DNA of 44,125 bases from Candidatus Hermodarchaeota archaeon (GTDB lineage Archaea > Asgardarchaeota > Lokiarchaeia > Sigyniarchaeales > SOKP01), in the NCBI GenBank assembly GCA_048885535.1, contig JBHLLO010000019.1, positions 1-44,125 on the forward strand. Direction: 5' to 3'. Below, in pieces: positions 28,204 to 38,296 of this stretch (positions are counted from its first letter, which is position 1; every line of letters starts with the position of its first letter). The translations under genes were made by a program, and so were the position numbers. The notes under the pieces are model-generated. The model saw only the letters and a list, made by a program, of their open reading frames with translations. It was not told the origin of the DNA and searched no databases.

Positions 28204-30264
28204 TTATTTTCTAAAATATATTTTTGTAGAAAATTTTCTATAAGGTTTCGGAAGCTTATATTTTGGATAGCCTTTATTTTCCTCTTCTAACATCTCTAGT
28301 AACTCACTCAATTTAATATCATTAAATTGTTTAGATGTAGCTTTTTTAGGACCAAACCTTTTTCCAATTAACCTTTTTCTAACTGAAACGGTTTGATTTT
28401 CTTGTTCTTTTCTACCTAAAATTATTATATATGGAATCCACTCAATTTCTGCCTGTCTAATTTTTTTTCCGACAGTTTCTTCGCGATCATCAAAATCACA
28501 TCGAAATTTTTCCTTATTTAATATTTCTAAAATTTTATTAGCATACTCATTCTGATCATCACTAACCGTGATTACACGGGCTTGGATTGGGGATAACCAT
28601 GTTTTAAAACCAGGAACTATTTTATCCTTGTTTCTAATTGCAGCTTCAATTAAGCCCCATAGAATTCTCTCTACGCCTCCAGTTGGAGAGTTATGTAAGA
28701 TTATAGGATGCTTAATACTTCCATCGGTATCTGTGAGGGATATATTATATTTTTCTCTCTTTTTTCCATCAGAATCAACCATATATTCTAAAGAACTTTC
28801 GACATCAATCTGATTTGTGGCTAATGTGGCACTTTTATTTTCAGCAGAGAGTACATTTCTTTCAAACTTTAAGACATAATAATAATATCTCTCATCCCAT
28901 AACTCTAATAGTATGGGTGATTCTTCAGTTTTTATTAATTCAATAATCCAACCTTTATTGTCTTCATAGAACTCTTTTGTTGTTCTAAAAATTACAAATG
29001 AGTTAACTCCTAAATCTTTTTCTAGATTTCTTATTAAGAAATATTGCTTCTTAAATTCTTCAATAGCAGAATCTAAATCTATACACATTGTATGCAAATC
29101 TGGCATTATAAAAGCTCGTAATCTTCGCAACCCTGAAAGTTCTCCTTCTAATTCCCTTCTAAATGCATATTGCTCCCATTCATACACTCTTAAAGGAAAG
29201 TAATGAGGTTTTAAATTCATAGATGAGAATAAATCAAAAAGGAGAAAATCTGAGGCATAACGTAACAAATATCTATCACTTCCAGATTCAAGCCAATAGC
29301 TCCTAGCAGGAAATCTCGCAGTTTGAGCAGTTAATTTTTTTTTCTTAACAGTATACATTATTGGGGAATCAATAAATACCGCTCCATAATCTATTAGTCT
29401 ATCTTCAACGAAATTTTTAATTATATTTTTCATTATAACTCCCTTAGTATACCATCTTAAGTTCCCCGCATCTGTATTTGGATCAAAATCAACTAATTCA
29501 AACTCTTTCATTACTTTGATATGAGCTGGTTCTATAGACTTATCCACTCTTCTCGATCCTAATTCTGAATTTAGGAAGATTAAGAAATCTTCGTCTTTAA
29601 CCTCTTTTGGTGGAAGAACGTCCCCATTGGAGTCAAAATCTATTTCCAGCTCTTTTCCAGCTGGAGTAATAACTTTAAAGATAGAATTCTTAACTTGTTC
29701 TTCTGGCTGTATAGCTAATTTTACATCTCTATACATTTCAGCTACTTCATGACCGATACAATTAACCTTGAATGATTTATACCACCCAAAAGGCGAATAT
29801 TTGGCTTCAACACCTTTTTCTTTCAAAAGATTAGCAATTTTAGGGCAAACTTCCATTGTATTTTGCTCATGGCTTAGAAATTTGCTTAAATGTGCCCATG
29901 GATATACTAATACCTTGTCAACACGATAATTGTCTCTTTCTTTAACTAATTCGATGAATTTTCTTGCTTTACCCTTAATTTCACCATTCTCAATTCTTTT
30001 ATTATAATCTCTTATTTCTTCATTCTTTTCTCTTACTTTTTCTGGGAAATTTGTGATCTGAAGTATGGCATCTTCAATTACTTTAGCACCCTGTTCAGCA
30101 ATTAAATCAGTATCATATGTATCTTGATCTTCGACAGAAACATAAGCAACAAGAATTAACCCTTCCATTTTTATCATTTCTTCTGGAAACTCTTGCGGTT
30201 CACTTGTAGCAGGTTTGTTCTTAATCACTTCTATGCCATTAGAATGAATTAAAAGAATCTTCAC
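28204..30264 (-). CDS. thrS: Threonyl-tRNA synthetase, archaeal type with N-terminal editing domain
   Basis: MKILLIHS, VYPWAHLS, PFGWYKSF...C.GH, FRRE..GEL.GLRRLRAF.MPD.H, ILHNSPTGGVER, VGKKIR.AE.EWIPY. Confidence 0.96.
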   Translation of the reverse strand: MKILLIHSNGIEVIKNKPATSEPQEFPEEMIKMEGLILVAYVSVEDQDTYDTDLIAEQGAKVIEDAILQITNFPEKVREKNEEIRDYNKRIENGEIKGKARKFIELVKERDNYRVDKVLVYPWAHLSKFLSHEQNTMEVCPKIANLLKEKGVEAKYSPFGWYKSFKVNCIGHEVAEMYRDVKLAIQPEEQVKNSIFKVITPAGKELEIDFDSNGDVLPPKEVKDEDFLIFLNSELGSRRVDKSIEPAHIKVMKEFELVDFDPNTDAGNLRWYTKGVIMKNIIKNFVEDRLIDYGAVFIDSPIMYTVKKKKLTAQTARFPARSYWLESGSDRYLLRYASDFLLFDLFSSMNLKPHYFPLRVYEWEQYAFRRELEGELSGLRRLRAFIMPDLHTMCIDLDSAIEEFKKQYFLIRNLEKDLGVNSFVIFRTTKEFYEDNKGWIIELIKTEESPILLELWDERYYYYVLKFERNVLSAENKSATLATNQIDVESSLEYMVDSDGKKREKYNISLTDTDGSIKHPIILHNSPTGGVERILWGLIEAAIRNKDKIVPGFKTWLSPIQARVITVSDDQNEYANKILEILNKEKFRCDFDDREETVGKKIRQAEIEWIPYIIILGRKEQENQTVSVRKRLIGKRFGPKKATSKQFNDIKLSELLEMLEEENKGYPKYKLPKPYRKFSTKIYFRK

Positions 30265-30390
30265 TTTTATCTCGATTTTTTGGTCAATTATGAATTATCT
30301 AATAAAAAATCCTAAATATTTTTCTAACTTTTGATAATTAACTATATTTAAAATTCAAATTAATTATTACTAAAATAATTATCTATTAGA

Positions 30391-31014
30391 ATGAATCTTA
30401 AAAATATTTTTTCAGAACTTATAGAAACACTAGACAAAATAGATCAAGATAGAGAAGAAATCTTAAAATTTTCACGTATTCTTATTCGTGATTGTGGTAC
30501 AGCAATTAAACACCTTCACAGAAAAGAGTATGAACAGTATCATGAGAAATTAGATAATGTTAAAAAAGTTCATGACAAACTGGTTTTACTAGTTAATAAA
30601 AACCCTGGAGCTTTTTTCAAATATTTGAAAACCCCTGAACAAGAGTATACTGAAGCAATAACTTTCTATTCAATTATTACGAATCAAGAACTGCCAAAAC
30701 CAAGTGAATTAAATATTGATCCATTAAATTTTGCATTTGGTCTGGCAGATGTAGTTGGAGAATTAAGAAGGTATGCTTTAGATAATATAAGGAATTCAAA
30801 AGTTCAAGATTTAAACGAAATTTTAGAAAGCATGGATGAGATTTATACAAGTTTATTTGCTGTTGATTATCCCTCAGGACTAACTCAAGATTTAAGGCAA
30901 AAAACTGATAGAGCAAGAAGCATAATTGAAAAAACTAGAGGGGATATTTCAATTTCTCTACAAATGAATGAATTAAAAACATGCATAGAAAAAAATACTA
31001 GATTTAATGAATGA
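30391..31014 (+). CDS. Translin/Trax-family (archaeal C3PO-like) endoribonuclease
   Basis: DREE....SR, QEYTEA, GLADVVGELRR and LRQKTD.AR; the acidic catalytic residues appear intact. Confidence 0.88.
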   Translation: MNLKNIFSELIETLDKIDQDREEILKFSRILIRDCGTAIKHLHRKEYEQYHEKLDNVKKVHDKLVLLVNKNPGAFFKYLKTPEQEYTEAITFYSIITNQELPKPSELNIDPLNFAFGLADVVGELRRYALDNIRNSKVQDLNEILESMDEIYTSLFAVDYPSGLTQDLRQKTDRARSIIEKTRGDISISLQMNELKTCIEKNTRFNE

Positions 31015-31043
31015 AACTAAAAAAATACTAGAGATTGAAAGAA

Positions 31044-32603
31044 ATGCCATTTGATACTGAAGAAATAAAGCGAGATAGTAAAATCAATTATGAAAAGACT
31101 TGGATTGATACAAAAAACCTTCTTAAACTTGAAGGGAATTATTACATTTTGCAGAAAAACGGGAAGGGCCATATAATTAACAACTTCATATTTGATGCTC
31201 GAAAAACAATGATCTCTTTAGGTTTTGAAGAGTTAATTTTACCCATGTTTGTTGACGAGCATGAAATTTATAAACAATATGGTCCAGAAGCTGCTTTAAT
31301 TCTTGATAGATTATTTTATTTAGCAGGTTTACCTCGTCCAGACATTGGCATTTCAAAAGATAAAATTAGTCAATTAAAAAATATTGTTCCAAATTTTAGT
31401 AGTATTAATGATTTGAAGACCATCTTTAGAGAATATAAAAAAGGAGATATAGAAGCAGATGATTTAATTGAAGCTTTTATTGAACGATTAGAAGTCAAAG
31501 AAACAGAAGCTACAGAAATTATAGATCGTGTTTTTCCCGAATTAAAAAATCTAAAACCAATTCCTACAAGAATGACTCTTAGAAGTCACACAACAGCGTT
31601 GTGGTTTATAGTATTACATGAACTGTATAAAAAAAGGAATTTACCTCTCCAATATTTTTCAATTTGTCCAAAATTTCGACGTGAGCAAAAAATCGACGCT
31701 ACTCATCTTTATTGCTCTAATACTTTATCTCTAGTCATTATGGCAGAAGAAATTTCTTTAGAAGACTGTCAAACTATCTCATCTACTATCTGTGAGAAAA
31801 TTGGATTTGGAAATAATAAGACTAAAATTAAAAAAGCTACATCCAAATATTATGCGCCTCAAACAGAGTTTGAAATATTTGTTAAGCATCCTAAAACAAA
31901 TGAATGGTTAGAAATTGGAGATGGTGGCTTTTATTCTCCTGTAAGTTTAGCCCAATACGATTTAGAATATCCTGTATTTAATGTTGGTTTTGGAATAGAG
32001 CGAATTTGTATGATAAAGAGTGAAATTGAAGATATAAGAAAATTAGTTTACCCTTACTTTTATGAAGATATCACATTTACAGACAAAGAGATTAGTAATG
32101 GAATATCTTATAAATTCACTCCAACGACAGAAGAGGGCATTGAAATTAAAAATGCGATTATACAAAATATTCAATCGAATAAAGATCTAGAATCTCCAGT
32201 TGAAATAAAGATATGGGAAGGCATAATAAAAGGTAGAAAAATAGAAGTTAAATTGTGGGAATATGATAAAGGTGTTAAATTAGTTGGACCTGCTGCATTA
32301 AACAAAGTCTGGGTCAAAGATGGAAACATATATGGACTTGATTCCAAAACAAAATTAGAAAATGGAGTCGATACTGGGAAAACATATTTAGAAGGAATTG
32401 CTTCTCATATGGCTTACAATATTGAAATAATATTAGATCAAAATAAAAACTCTTATGAATTTAGACTTAAAATATGTTATAGAGCCTCTGAAATAAATTT
32501 AGAAATAAATGATATTATATTAGAATATATTCATTCTAAACAAAAAAAAGTAGATATTAGAGGACCTGTGTTTATTGGTCTTTCTTTTCATATAATTGAT
32601 TAG
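31044..32603 (+). CDS. sepS: O-phosphoseryl-tRNA(Cys) synthetase (SepRS)
   Basis: KQYGPEA..ILDR.FYLAGLPRPDIGIS, TLRSH.T..WF, FRREQ..DATHL, SKYY.P.T..E.F..HPK, YSP.SLAQY, D.RGPVF. ATG at 31044 (MPFD) preferred. Confidence 0.93.
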   Translation: MPFDTEEIKRDSKINYEKTWIDTKNLLKLEGNYYILQKNGKGHIINNFIFDARKTMISLGFEELILPMFVDEHEIYKQYGPEAALILDRLFYLAGLPRPDIGISKDKISQLKNIVPNFSSINDLKTIFREYKKGDIEADDLIEAFIERLEVKETEATEIIDRVFPELKNLKPIPTRMTLRSHTTALWFIVLHELYKKRNLPLQYFSICPKFRREQKIDATHLYCSNTLSLVIMAEEISLEDCQTISSTICEKIGFGNNKTKIKKATSKYYAPQTEFEIFVKHPKTNEWLEIGDGGFYSPVSLAQYDLEYPVFNVGFGIERICMIKSEIEDIRKLVYPYFYEDITFTDKEISNGISYKFTPTTEEGIEIKNAIIQNIQSNKDLESPVEIKIWEGIIKGRKIEVKLWEYDKGVKLVGPAALNKVWVKDGNIYGLDSKTKLENGVDTGKTYLEGIASHMAYNIEIILDQNKNSYEFRLKICYRASEINLEINDIILEYIHSKQKKVDIRGPVFIGLSFHIID

Positions 32604-32625
32604 AAGTCTAAGGAAACGGTTTAAA

Positions 32626-33069
32626 ATGAAAAAAAAAGTATTAATTGCTGGGACATTTGACATTATTCATCCGGGTCATATATTCTTAATAAATGAAGCC
32701 GCAAAGATGGGAGATGTATATGTAATTGTTGCCACAGATAAAAATCGGAAATTATATTCAGGAGAAGCTCCCGTAATACCTGAACAACAAAGATTAGAAG
32801 TCGTGAGAAGTATAAAAAATGTTAGAGAAGCAAGATTAGGACGTCATGATAATGATACTCTTAAAACTGTTGAAGAAATAAACCCTGACATCATATTATT
32901 AGGACCCGATCAAAAATATGATATTTTAACACTTAAAAAAGGTTTAAAAGAAAAAGGATTAAACCATATAAAAGTTCAAAGATTAGAGACTTATTACGAT
33001 AAATATGACCTACATTCTTCCAGTTTAATAAAGAAGAAAATTTATAGATTTTATAAAGAAGAAAAATAA
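32626..33069 (+). CDS. ribL: FAD synthetase (RibL-type cytidylyltransferase family)
   Basis: GTFDIIHPGH, QRLEVV, PDIILLGPDQ and SSS.IK; adjacent to ribK. Confidence 0.85.
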   Translation: MKKKVLIAGTFDIIHPGHIFLINEAAKMGDVYVIVATDKNRKLYSGEAPVIPEQQRLEVVRSIKNVREARLGRHDNDTLKTVEEINPDIILLGPDQKYDILTLKKGLKEKGLNHIKVQRLETYYDKYDLHSSSLIKKKIYRFYKEEK

Positions 33070-33080
33070 TTGATAGATTC

Positions 33081-33791
33081 ATGGAAAACAATGAAGATAT
33101 AAAACCTGAAAATTATGCTAATTGGTTTGCACTTCTTAAACTATGCCAATTGACGAAAGATAGGAGTTCAATTAACTTAAGTAGTGTTCAATTTGGAGAA
33201 ATATTAGGTTTAAGTCAACAAACAGGAAGCAGAAGAATTAAAGATTTAGAAGACCTAGGCTGGATTAAGAGAAAATATGAAGCTAAAACACAGAAAATTG
33301 TTATTACAAGAAAAGGAGCAAATGTAATGCTTAGTGTATATAAAAACTTAAAAGAATTGCTTGAATCGATATTGATTGTAGGAGTAGTAACTGAGGGAAT
33401 ACATGAAGGTGGCTATTATGTATCAATTAAAGGTTATTTTGATCAATTTAAAAATAAATTAGGATTTGAACCTTATAAAGGGACCCTGAATTTGATACTA
33501 AGTTCAACAGATATTTCTATTTTGAGAGAAAAACTAAATTATATCAATCCTGTAATTATTGATGGATTCAAAGACCAAAATCGTGAATATGGTCCCGTAA
33601 AATGCTATGATGTGTATATTTATAGATTTGATGATAAAAACAATCGCCGTAAAGCGGCAATATTAGACATAAAAAGAACCCATCATAAACAAAATATAAT
33701 AGAAATTTTAGCTAAACCTTATTTAAGAGATTATTTTAACTTAAAAGATGGGGATAAAATAGTAATTGAAGTAATTAAAAATCATGAATGA
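33081..33791 (+). CDS. ribK: CTP-dependent riboflavin kinase with N-terminal wHTH (RbkR-like)
   Basis: SQQTGSRRIKDLE..GWI, G.VTEG..EGGYY, LGFEPYKGTLNL, RTHH, IEILA..YLR..FNLKDGD. Confidence 0.92.
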   Translation: MENNEDIKPENYANWFALLKLCQLTKDRSSINLSSVQFGEILGLSQQTGSRRIKDLEDLGWIKRKYEAKTQKIVITRKGANVMLSVYKNLKELLESILIVGVVTEGIHEGGYYVSIKGYFDQFKNKLGFEPYKGTLNLILSSTDISILREKLNYINPVIIDGFKDQNREYGPVKCYDVYIYRFDDKNNRRKAAILDIKRTHHKQNIIEILAKPYLRDYFNLKDGDKIVIEVIKNHE

Positions 33792-34422
33792 AATTTTCCT
33801 TAGACATTAATTCATGTTCTTTAATCAAATTATAAATTTTGAAATACCTATATAAAGCAGTTATTAGAACTAAAATCATAAAAAGAAATAAGAATTCATT
33901 GATAAAGTTGAAGAAGGAAGCTATTAACATCGTTATGAATATATAAAATAATCTTTCTGATCTCGCCATTAACCCAAAGTCAAAATTATCTTTTACAATT
34001 ACTTCTGCTCTTGCCCTTAAATAGCTAATCATAAGAGTTGATAAAAAAGAGATTAAAATAATTATCCTAACCTCAATAAAATTCCACAGAATGTTCTCCC
34101 AGCAATAAATTAAGAGTGCAAGGAAGATAACAAACTCGCTAATTCTATCCATAATTGAATCAAAAAAACCTCCAAATGAAGAACTTTTATTACTTAATCT
34201 AGCTATAGCTCCATCAATGCCATCAAATATTCCCGTAAAAAAAACAAAGAGTGAGAATAAAATTAAGCAGGATAAAAATACTAATGAAATAAAACTTAAG
34301 AATGAAAAAACTAACATGATACAAGTTGCAAGATTAGGACTGACCCCTATTTTAATAAAGCCTTTCGCCATCATTTTTATTAAAGGATGGAATATTCTCC
34401 GTAATCTAAATTTTGATGACAT
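33775..34422 (-). CDS. CDP-alcohol phosphatidyltransferase (archaetidylinositol-phosphate synthase-like)
   Basis: SPN..T, DGIDGAIAR......GGFFDS.MDR.SE, SY.RARAE, G...R.ER. Confidence 0.92.
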   Translation of the reverse strand: MSSKFRLRRIFHPLIKMMAKGFIKIGVSPNLATCIMLVFSFLSFISLVFLSCLILFSLFVFFTGIFDGIDGAIARLSNKSSSFGGFFDSIMDRISEFVIFLALLIYCWENILWNFIEVRIIILISFLSTLMISYLRARAEVIVKDNFDFGLMARSERLFYIFITMLIASFFNFINEFLFLFMILVLITALYRYFKIYNLIKEHELMSKENFIHDF

Positions 34423-34581
34423 AATTGTTAATTAGATGAATTTTTTTTGAATTTCTACGTTTTATCTTTTCAATCAACCAATTTTTCGTTAAGTTCATTT
34501 TTATACTATATTTAATTATAACAATAATATATTTTTTTTAAATTTTAAAATTAAACAAAATATGAGAAAGTGTGAACCCAA

Positions 34582-34887
34582 TTGAAATTGAGATTGATAT
34601 TAAAATCAGTTACAAAAAAAAATAAAGAGGTCTCAATAAAATTTAATATTGCTCCAAGTAAACATATAGGATTTATTAACTTTGTTAATTTAGCTTTAAA
34701 TCAAGATTTACCTATTACTATATCCTTTGAAAAAATAAGTAAATCAGGAGAAAAAGAAGAAAGCAAGATTATAGGGGCATTTAAGTTCCAAGGTAAAGAT
34801 ACATTAGCCTTACAACAATTGAATGAGGAGATTAGCGAAGAAGAACGTAAGCGAAAAAAACAGCATCAGAAAAGAGTACAAAAATGA
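34582..34887 (+). CDS. Hypothetical protein
   Basis: 101-aa ORF with TTG start; no family recognised. Confidence 0.65.
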   Translation: MKLRLILKSVTKKNKEVSIKFNIAPSKHIGFINFVNLALNQDLPITISFEKISKSGEKEESKIIGAFKFQGKDTLALQQLNEEISEEERKRKKQHQKRVQK

Positions 34888-34900
34888 AAATTCAACTTTT

Positions 34901-35668
34901 TCATTGTAAATTTATAAACCCTAATTTAATAAGATTTTTACATATGTTGTAGACTTGTTCGTGTTCTAGGTTCAACTTTTTTGTAATTAAGTTAATTGTT
35001 TTTTTTCCATCTATTTCAGAGTAAACGTTACAGGCAGTTACACCTGTTAGGTAATACTTAGGATTAATTTTATTAGAACTTATAAACTTTGGGACTTTAT
35101 TACAATATTCTGGTAAATTTTCTGTATTCTCATTTTCAATCTGCAATGCTAATAAACGCGATTCTTCGTTTATCTTTTCTTCAACGCTTTTAAAGAGTTC
35201 ATTCACCTTTTCTTTAAATTCTTCTTCTTTTTCTTCTCTTTCTTCAGCGACGTAGACATTTAATATATCCTCAAATGACTTAAACATATCAATCTTTCCA
35301 TTCCAATTAAGTATTTGATTTATATTATACTTATTTAAAAATGAAGAGGATATTTTCCTTAAAACCCTCTGAACATTAACACTTTTGGAGTTTTCATCAT
35401 AAGTTGCAAGATATATCAAGTTTGGAATACTAGAATCTTTTAGAAATGAAAGTTTAAGTTCATTATTAGACAATTTTAATTCACTTATCGTCCCAAGATC
35501 TTCAAATGAATCAGAAAATGAGTTCAACGCAGTAAAGAATCCAGACACCATAATAAGATCGTCTGCTTTAGAAAATACATTTTCAGCTTTTGCAGGATAT
35601 GAAGAAATGGAGAAACTCTTATTAAAGAGAGGTAACCCATCCTTTATAATAATAACGTCTCTGATCAT
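34901..35668 (-). CDS. Longin-like domain protein with coiled coil and C-terminal wHTH
   Basis: VIIIKDGLPLF...MVSGFFTALNSFS...ISELKL follows the longin pattern; IDGKKTINLI..KL.L.....NLIKLGFI is wHTH-like. Confidence 0.7.
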   Translation of the reverse strand: MIRDVIIIKDGLPLFNKSFSISSYPAKAENVFSKADDLIMVSGFFTALNSFSDSFEDLGTISELKLSNNELKLSFLKDSSIPNLIYLATYDENSKSVNVQRVLRKISSSFLNKYNINQILNWNGKIDMFKSFEDILNVYVAEEREEKEEEFKEKVNELFKSVEEKINEESRLLALQIENENTENLPEYCNKVPKFISSNKINPKYYLTGVTACNVYSEIDGKKTINLITKKLNLEHEQVYNICKNLIKLGFINLQ

Positions 35669-35830
35669 TTGATACCCATTCGAATATTCATAACAGACAA
35701 TAAAACTAAATAATGATCCTCAATAAATATGTCAATAGAATCTAAGCACCTAAAAAGAAAAAAAAATGTAATATCTAAATAACATCTAATATTGAAGAGA
35801 TTGCCACTCAAATGATGAGGTTTGAATTAA

Positions 35831-36574
35831 TTGAAAGCCATAATTTTATGTGCTGGTTATGGAAAAAGATTACATCCACTTACTCAAACTCATCAAAAAA
35901 CCATGCTACCTTTACATGGGAAACCTTTGTTAGAATATATAACAGATGGATTAATTTATACAGGTTTTAAAGACATAATCTTAGTAGTAGGTTTTAAAAA
36001 AGAACAAATTATTGATTATTTTCAAAATGGAAAAAAGTGGGGTATAAATATTGAGTATGTTATCCAAGAAGATTTAAATGGAACTGGAGGAGCTGTATTA
36101 TTATGTGAAAATCTCATCAAAAATCAACACTTTTTTCTAACATGGGGAGATATTTTAGTTCCTTACCAAGTTTATAAAAAAGTATTAGAAATATACCAAA
36201 AAGAAAATCAAGATTATATTTTAGTCGCTAATTATGCAAAAGATCCTCATAAGGGAGCTGCAATTTATTATGATGATCATTATTGTACAAAAATTGTAGA
36301 AAAACCACCTAAAGGAACTTCAAAGTCTAATTATAATGATTGTGGAATCTTTATTTTGTCGACTGAAGTATTCAAAATATTGAGAATGATAAAACCCTCT
36401 AATCGAGGGGAGATAGAACTCCCTCAAGCTATAAATGCAGGAATACTTGAAAGAAATTGGAAAGTTTGGATCCTGAAGTTGAATAAAAACCAATTTAGGG
36501 GAGATTTTGGAGATATAGATGAATATGAGAAATTCAAAAAAGATTTAAGCTGGCTTAAGCTACTAAAAAGTTGA
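35831..36574 (+). CDS. Sugar-1-phosphate nucleotidyltransferase (RmlA/GlmU N-domain-like)
   Basis: KAIILCAGYGKRL.PLT, GTGGA, WGD, IVEKP, SNRGEIEL. Confidence 0.9.
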   Translation: MKAIILCAGYGKRLHPLTQTHQKTMLPLHGKPLLEYITDGLIYTGFKDIILVVGFKKEQIIDYFQNGKKWGINIEYVIQEDLNGTGGAVLLCENLIKNQHFFLTWGDILVPYQVYKKVLEIYQKENQDYILVANYAKDPHKGAAIYYDDHYCTKIVEKPPKGTSKSNYNDCGIFILSTEVFKILRMIKPSNRGEIELPQAINAGILERNWKVWILKLNKNQFRGDFGDIDEYEKFKKDLSWLKLLKS

Positions 36575-36669
36575 AATATTTACAATCAGTAAATTCTTTG
36601 GAATCCTCTTCCTAAACTTGAAATTGTCATCCATCTTCATTCAAAATAAAAAATAAGTATTAAAATTTT

Positions 36670-37098
36670 TTAATAATCCACGTCAATAAACAAGTCATCA
36701 AACTTATATCCTAAGAACTCAGCTAAGTCCTTCAAAAATTTTTTGTTAAACTTTTTTGATAAATCTTTTTCATTTATATCCCCTATACAAAAAAAATCCT
36801 CAAAACTAATTCCTTGATTCTTAATAAAATCCTCAAGTTCCTGATATGATTTGTTTATTTTTACTTTATTAACCTCATCTTTAATTATAGGCACTTGAAA
36901 GAAAATTTCATTTAATGGTTTTTTCAAAACCTCTACAATTTTAAGAGAAATTGTGAGAGATGGATTGTAGTTACCTTTTTCTAAGAAGTAGATTGTTTGA
37001 CGAGAAACACCTATTCGATCAGCTAAGTCTTGCTGTGTAAGCTTTAGATCTTCACGAATATCTTTTATTTTAGTCTTGATTTTAGTTTTATACTTCAG
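36670..37098 (-). CDS. XRE-family HTH regulator (142 aa) with a degenerate second HTH; probable CTG start
   Basis: The frame extends upstream of 36927 as IKTKIKDIREDLKLTQQDLADRIGVSRQTIYFLEKGNYNPSL. It is bounded by TAA at 37117-37119; GGTGAG lies 6 nt before the CTG at 37098. Confidence 0.85.
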   Translation of the reverse strand: MKYKTKIKTKIKDIREDLKLTQQDLADRIGVSRQTIYFLEKGNYNPSLTISLKIVEVLKKPLNEIFFQVPIIKDEVNKVKINKSYQELEDFIKNQGISFEDFFCIGDINEKDLSKKFNKKFLKDLAEFLGYKFDDLFIDVDY

Positions 37099-37167
37099 AT
37101 ATTTCTCACCAACAATTTAAATCGAAATTGACTCAACTAATAACTCTTCTTAAAAATTAAGTATTTA

Positions 37168-37974
37168 CTATAATAATTCAAACAAATCTTCTATTTTGCA
37201 TTTCAATACTTCAGCAATTTTGTACGCTAATAGTAAACTTGGATTATATCTTCCTTCTTCTAAATAATTAATTGTCTGAATTGGAACTCCCACTTTTTCT
37301 GCTAATTGAGACGCTGAAAAATTGGCTTTTTCTCTTAATTGTTTAATTGAAGTCTTTAATTTCTCTCCTTCTCGCATTTTAGAAAGAATGTAACTAATGA
37401 AATTATCAAATGCTAATTCTTCAGGCCTAAAAATCTTCCCTTCTAATCCACTTGGTATAGTTGAAATTTTTGCAATCATTTCCTTAATTTTATTCTCAAT
37501 TATGTGTGGATCCTTTAACCCTGGAATATATCCTTCAGGGCCTACTCCCCTACGTGCTGTACCCGCGCTGACAGCACTATGTCCAGCAGTTTCAATCTTC
37601 ACAGTATAGGTTTTAAACATTCTATCAAAAACTCCAGTTGTAATATTAATGTTTTGGATTCTTTTATAAGGGATAGTTGCCCTAGTTTTAGTAAATACTC
37701 CGTGATTGATAACGATGCTATCTTTTTGTGCTTTATAGGTAAAATTCTTAACATATGCAGAAAAATATCTGGCAGTTATCAATGCTATTACAATATAAGG
37801 GACTACTACACAAAATATAATCAACAATAAGAATAATTCAAAAGTGAATAACAAGAATAAAAAAATTGATACAATAATAGACCAGAAGATTAAAGTTAAA
37901 TTATTCTTTAACACCTGCTTCTTTATATAATCTTTTGATATTATGCCAATATATACGAATTCTTCCTCGCTCAT
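37168..37974 (-). CDS. 2-TM + bacterial PH (bPH_2) domain + C-terminal XRE HTH fusion
   Basis: GVF......IPYKRIQNI....G.FDR.F....VKIETAG (bPH_2), then IKQLRE.....QLAEKVGV..QTINYLE.GRYNPSL (XRE). Confidence 0.88.
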   Translation of the reverse strand: MSEEEFVYIGIISKDYIKKQVLKNNLTLIFWSIIVSIFLFLLFTFELFLLLIIFCVVVPYIVIALITARYFSAYVKNFTYKAQKDSIVINHGVFTKTRATIPYKRIQNINITTGVFDRMFKTYTVKIETAGHSAVSAGTARRGVGPEGYIPGLKDPHIIENKIKEMIAKISTIPSGLEGKIFRPEELAFDNFISYILSKMREGEKLKTSIKQLREKANFSASQLAEKVGVPIQTINYLEEGRYNPSLLLAYKIAEVLKCKIEDLFELL

Positions 37975-38015
37975 TATATTCCTCCTTTTTACTTTTAGAA
38001 ATAATTTATTAATAT

Positions 38016-38033
38016 ACTAGTAAATTTACTAGT
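38016..38033. promoter_or_regulatory. Perfect 18-bp palindrome, putative XRE operator
   Basis: ACTAGTAAATTTACTAGT, ~40 bp upstream of the ATG at 37974; partial copy CTAGTAAATTTA at 38215-38226. Confidence 0.6.
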
Positions 38034-38296
38034 CAAACTATTGATCTATTAATATTCATATGGAAATTTATATCTTACTATTATTAACATTTGTTAGTAT
38101 CAGGCTTTATTGACTTAATCCATGGATTGGTGGCAAAATGTTATGTTTAATTATATTTAATTATGTGCCAAGATTATAATACATTTAAATTGTAGTAATA
38201 TTTAAATATAATGCCTAGTAAATTTAACATGGATATGATAGAATTCCCTTAGTCATACCTAATAAATAAAAAAATAATATATCAATAATTAAGAGT

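Noticed and set aside
30989-31032. 14-bp direct repeat AAAAAAATACTAGA at the translin/sepS junction
   Set aside because: Half of it is a poly-A run; probably a local slippage duplication with no evidence of function.
38117-38128. 12-bp palindrome AATCCATGGATT
   Set aside because: Single short occurrence, plausible by chance in 44 kb.
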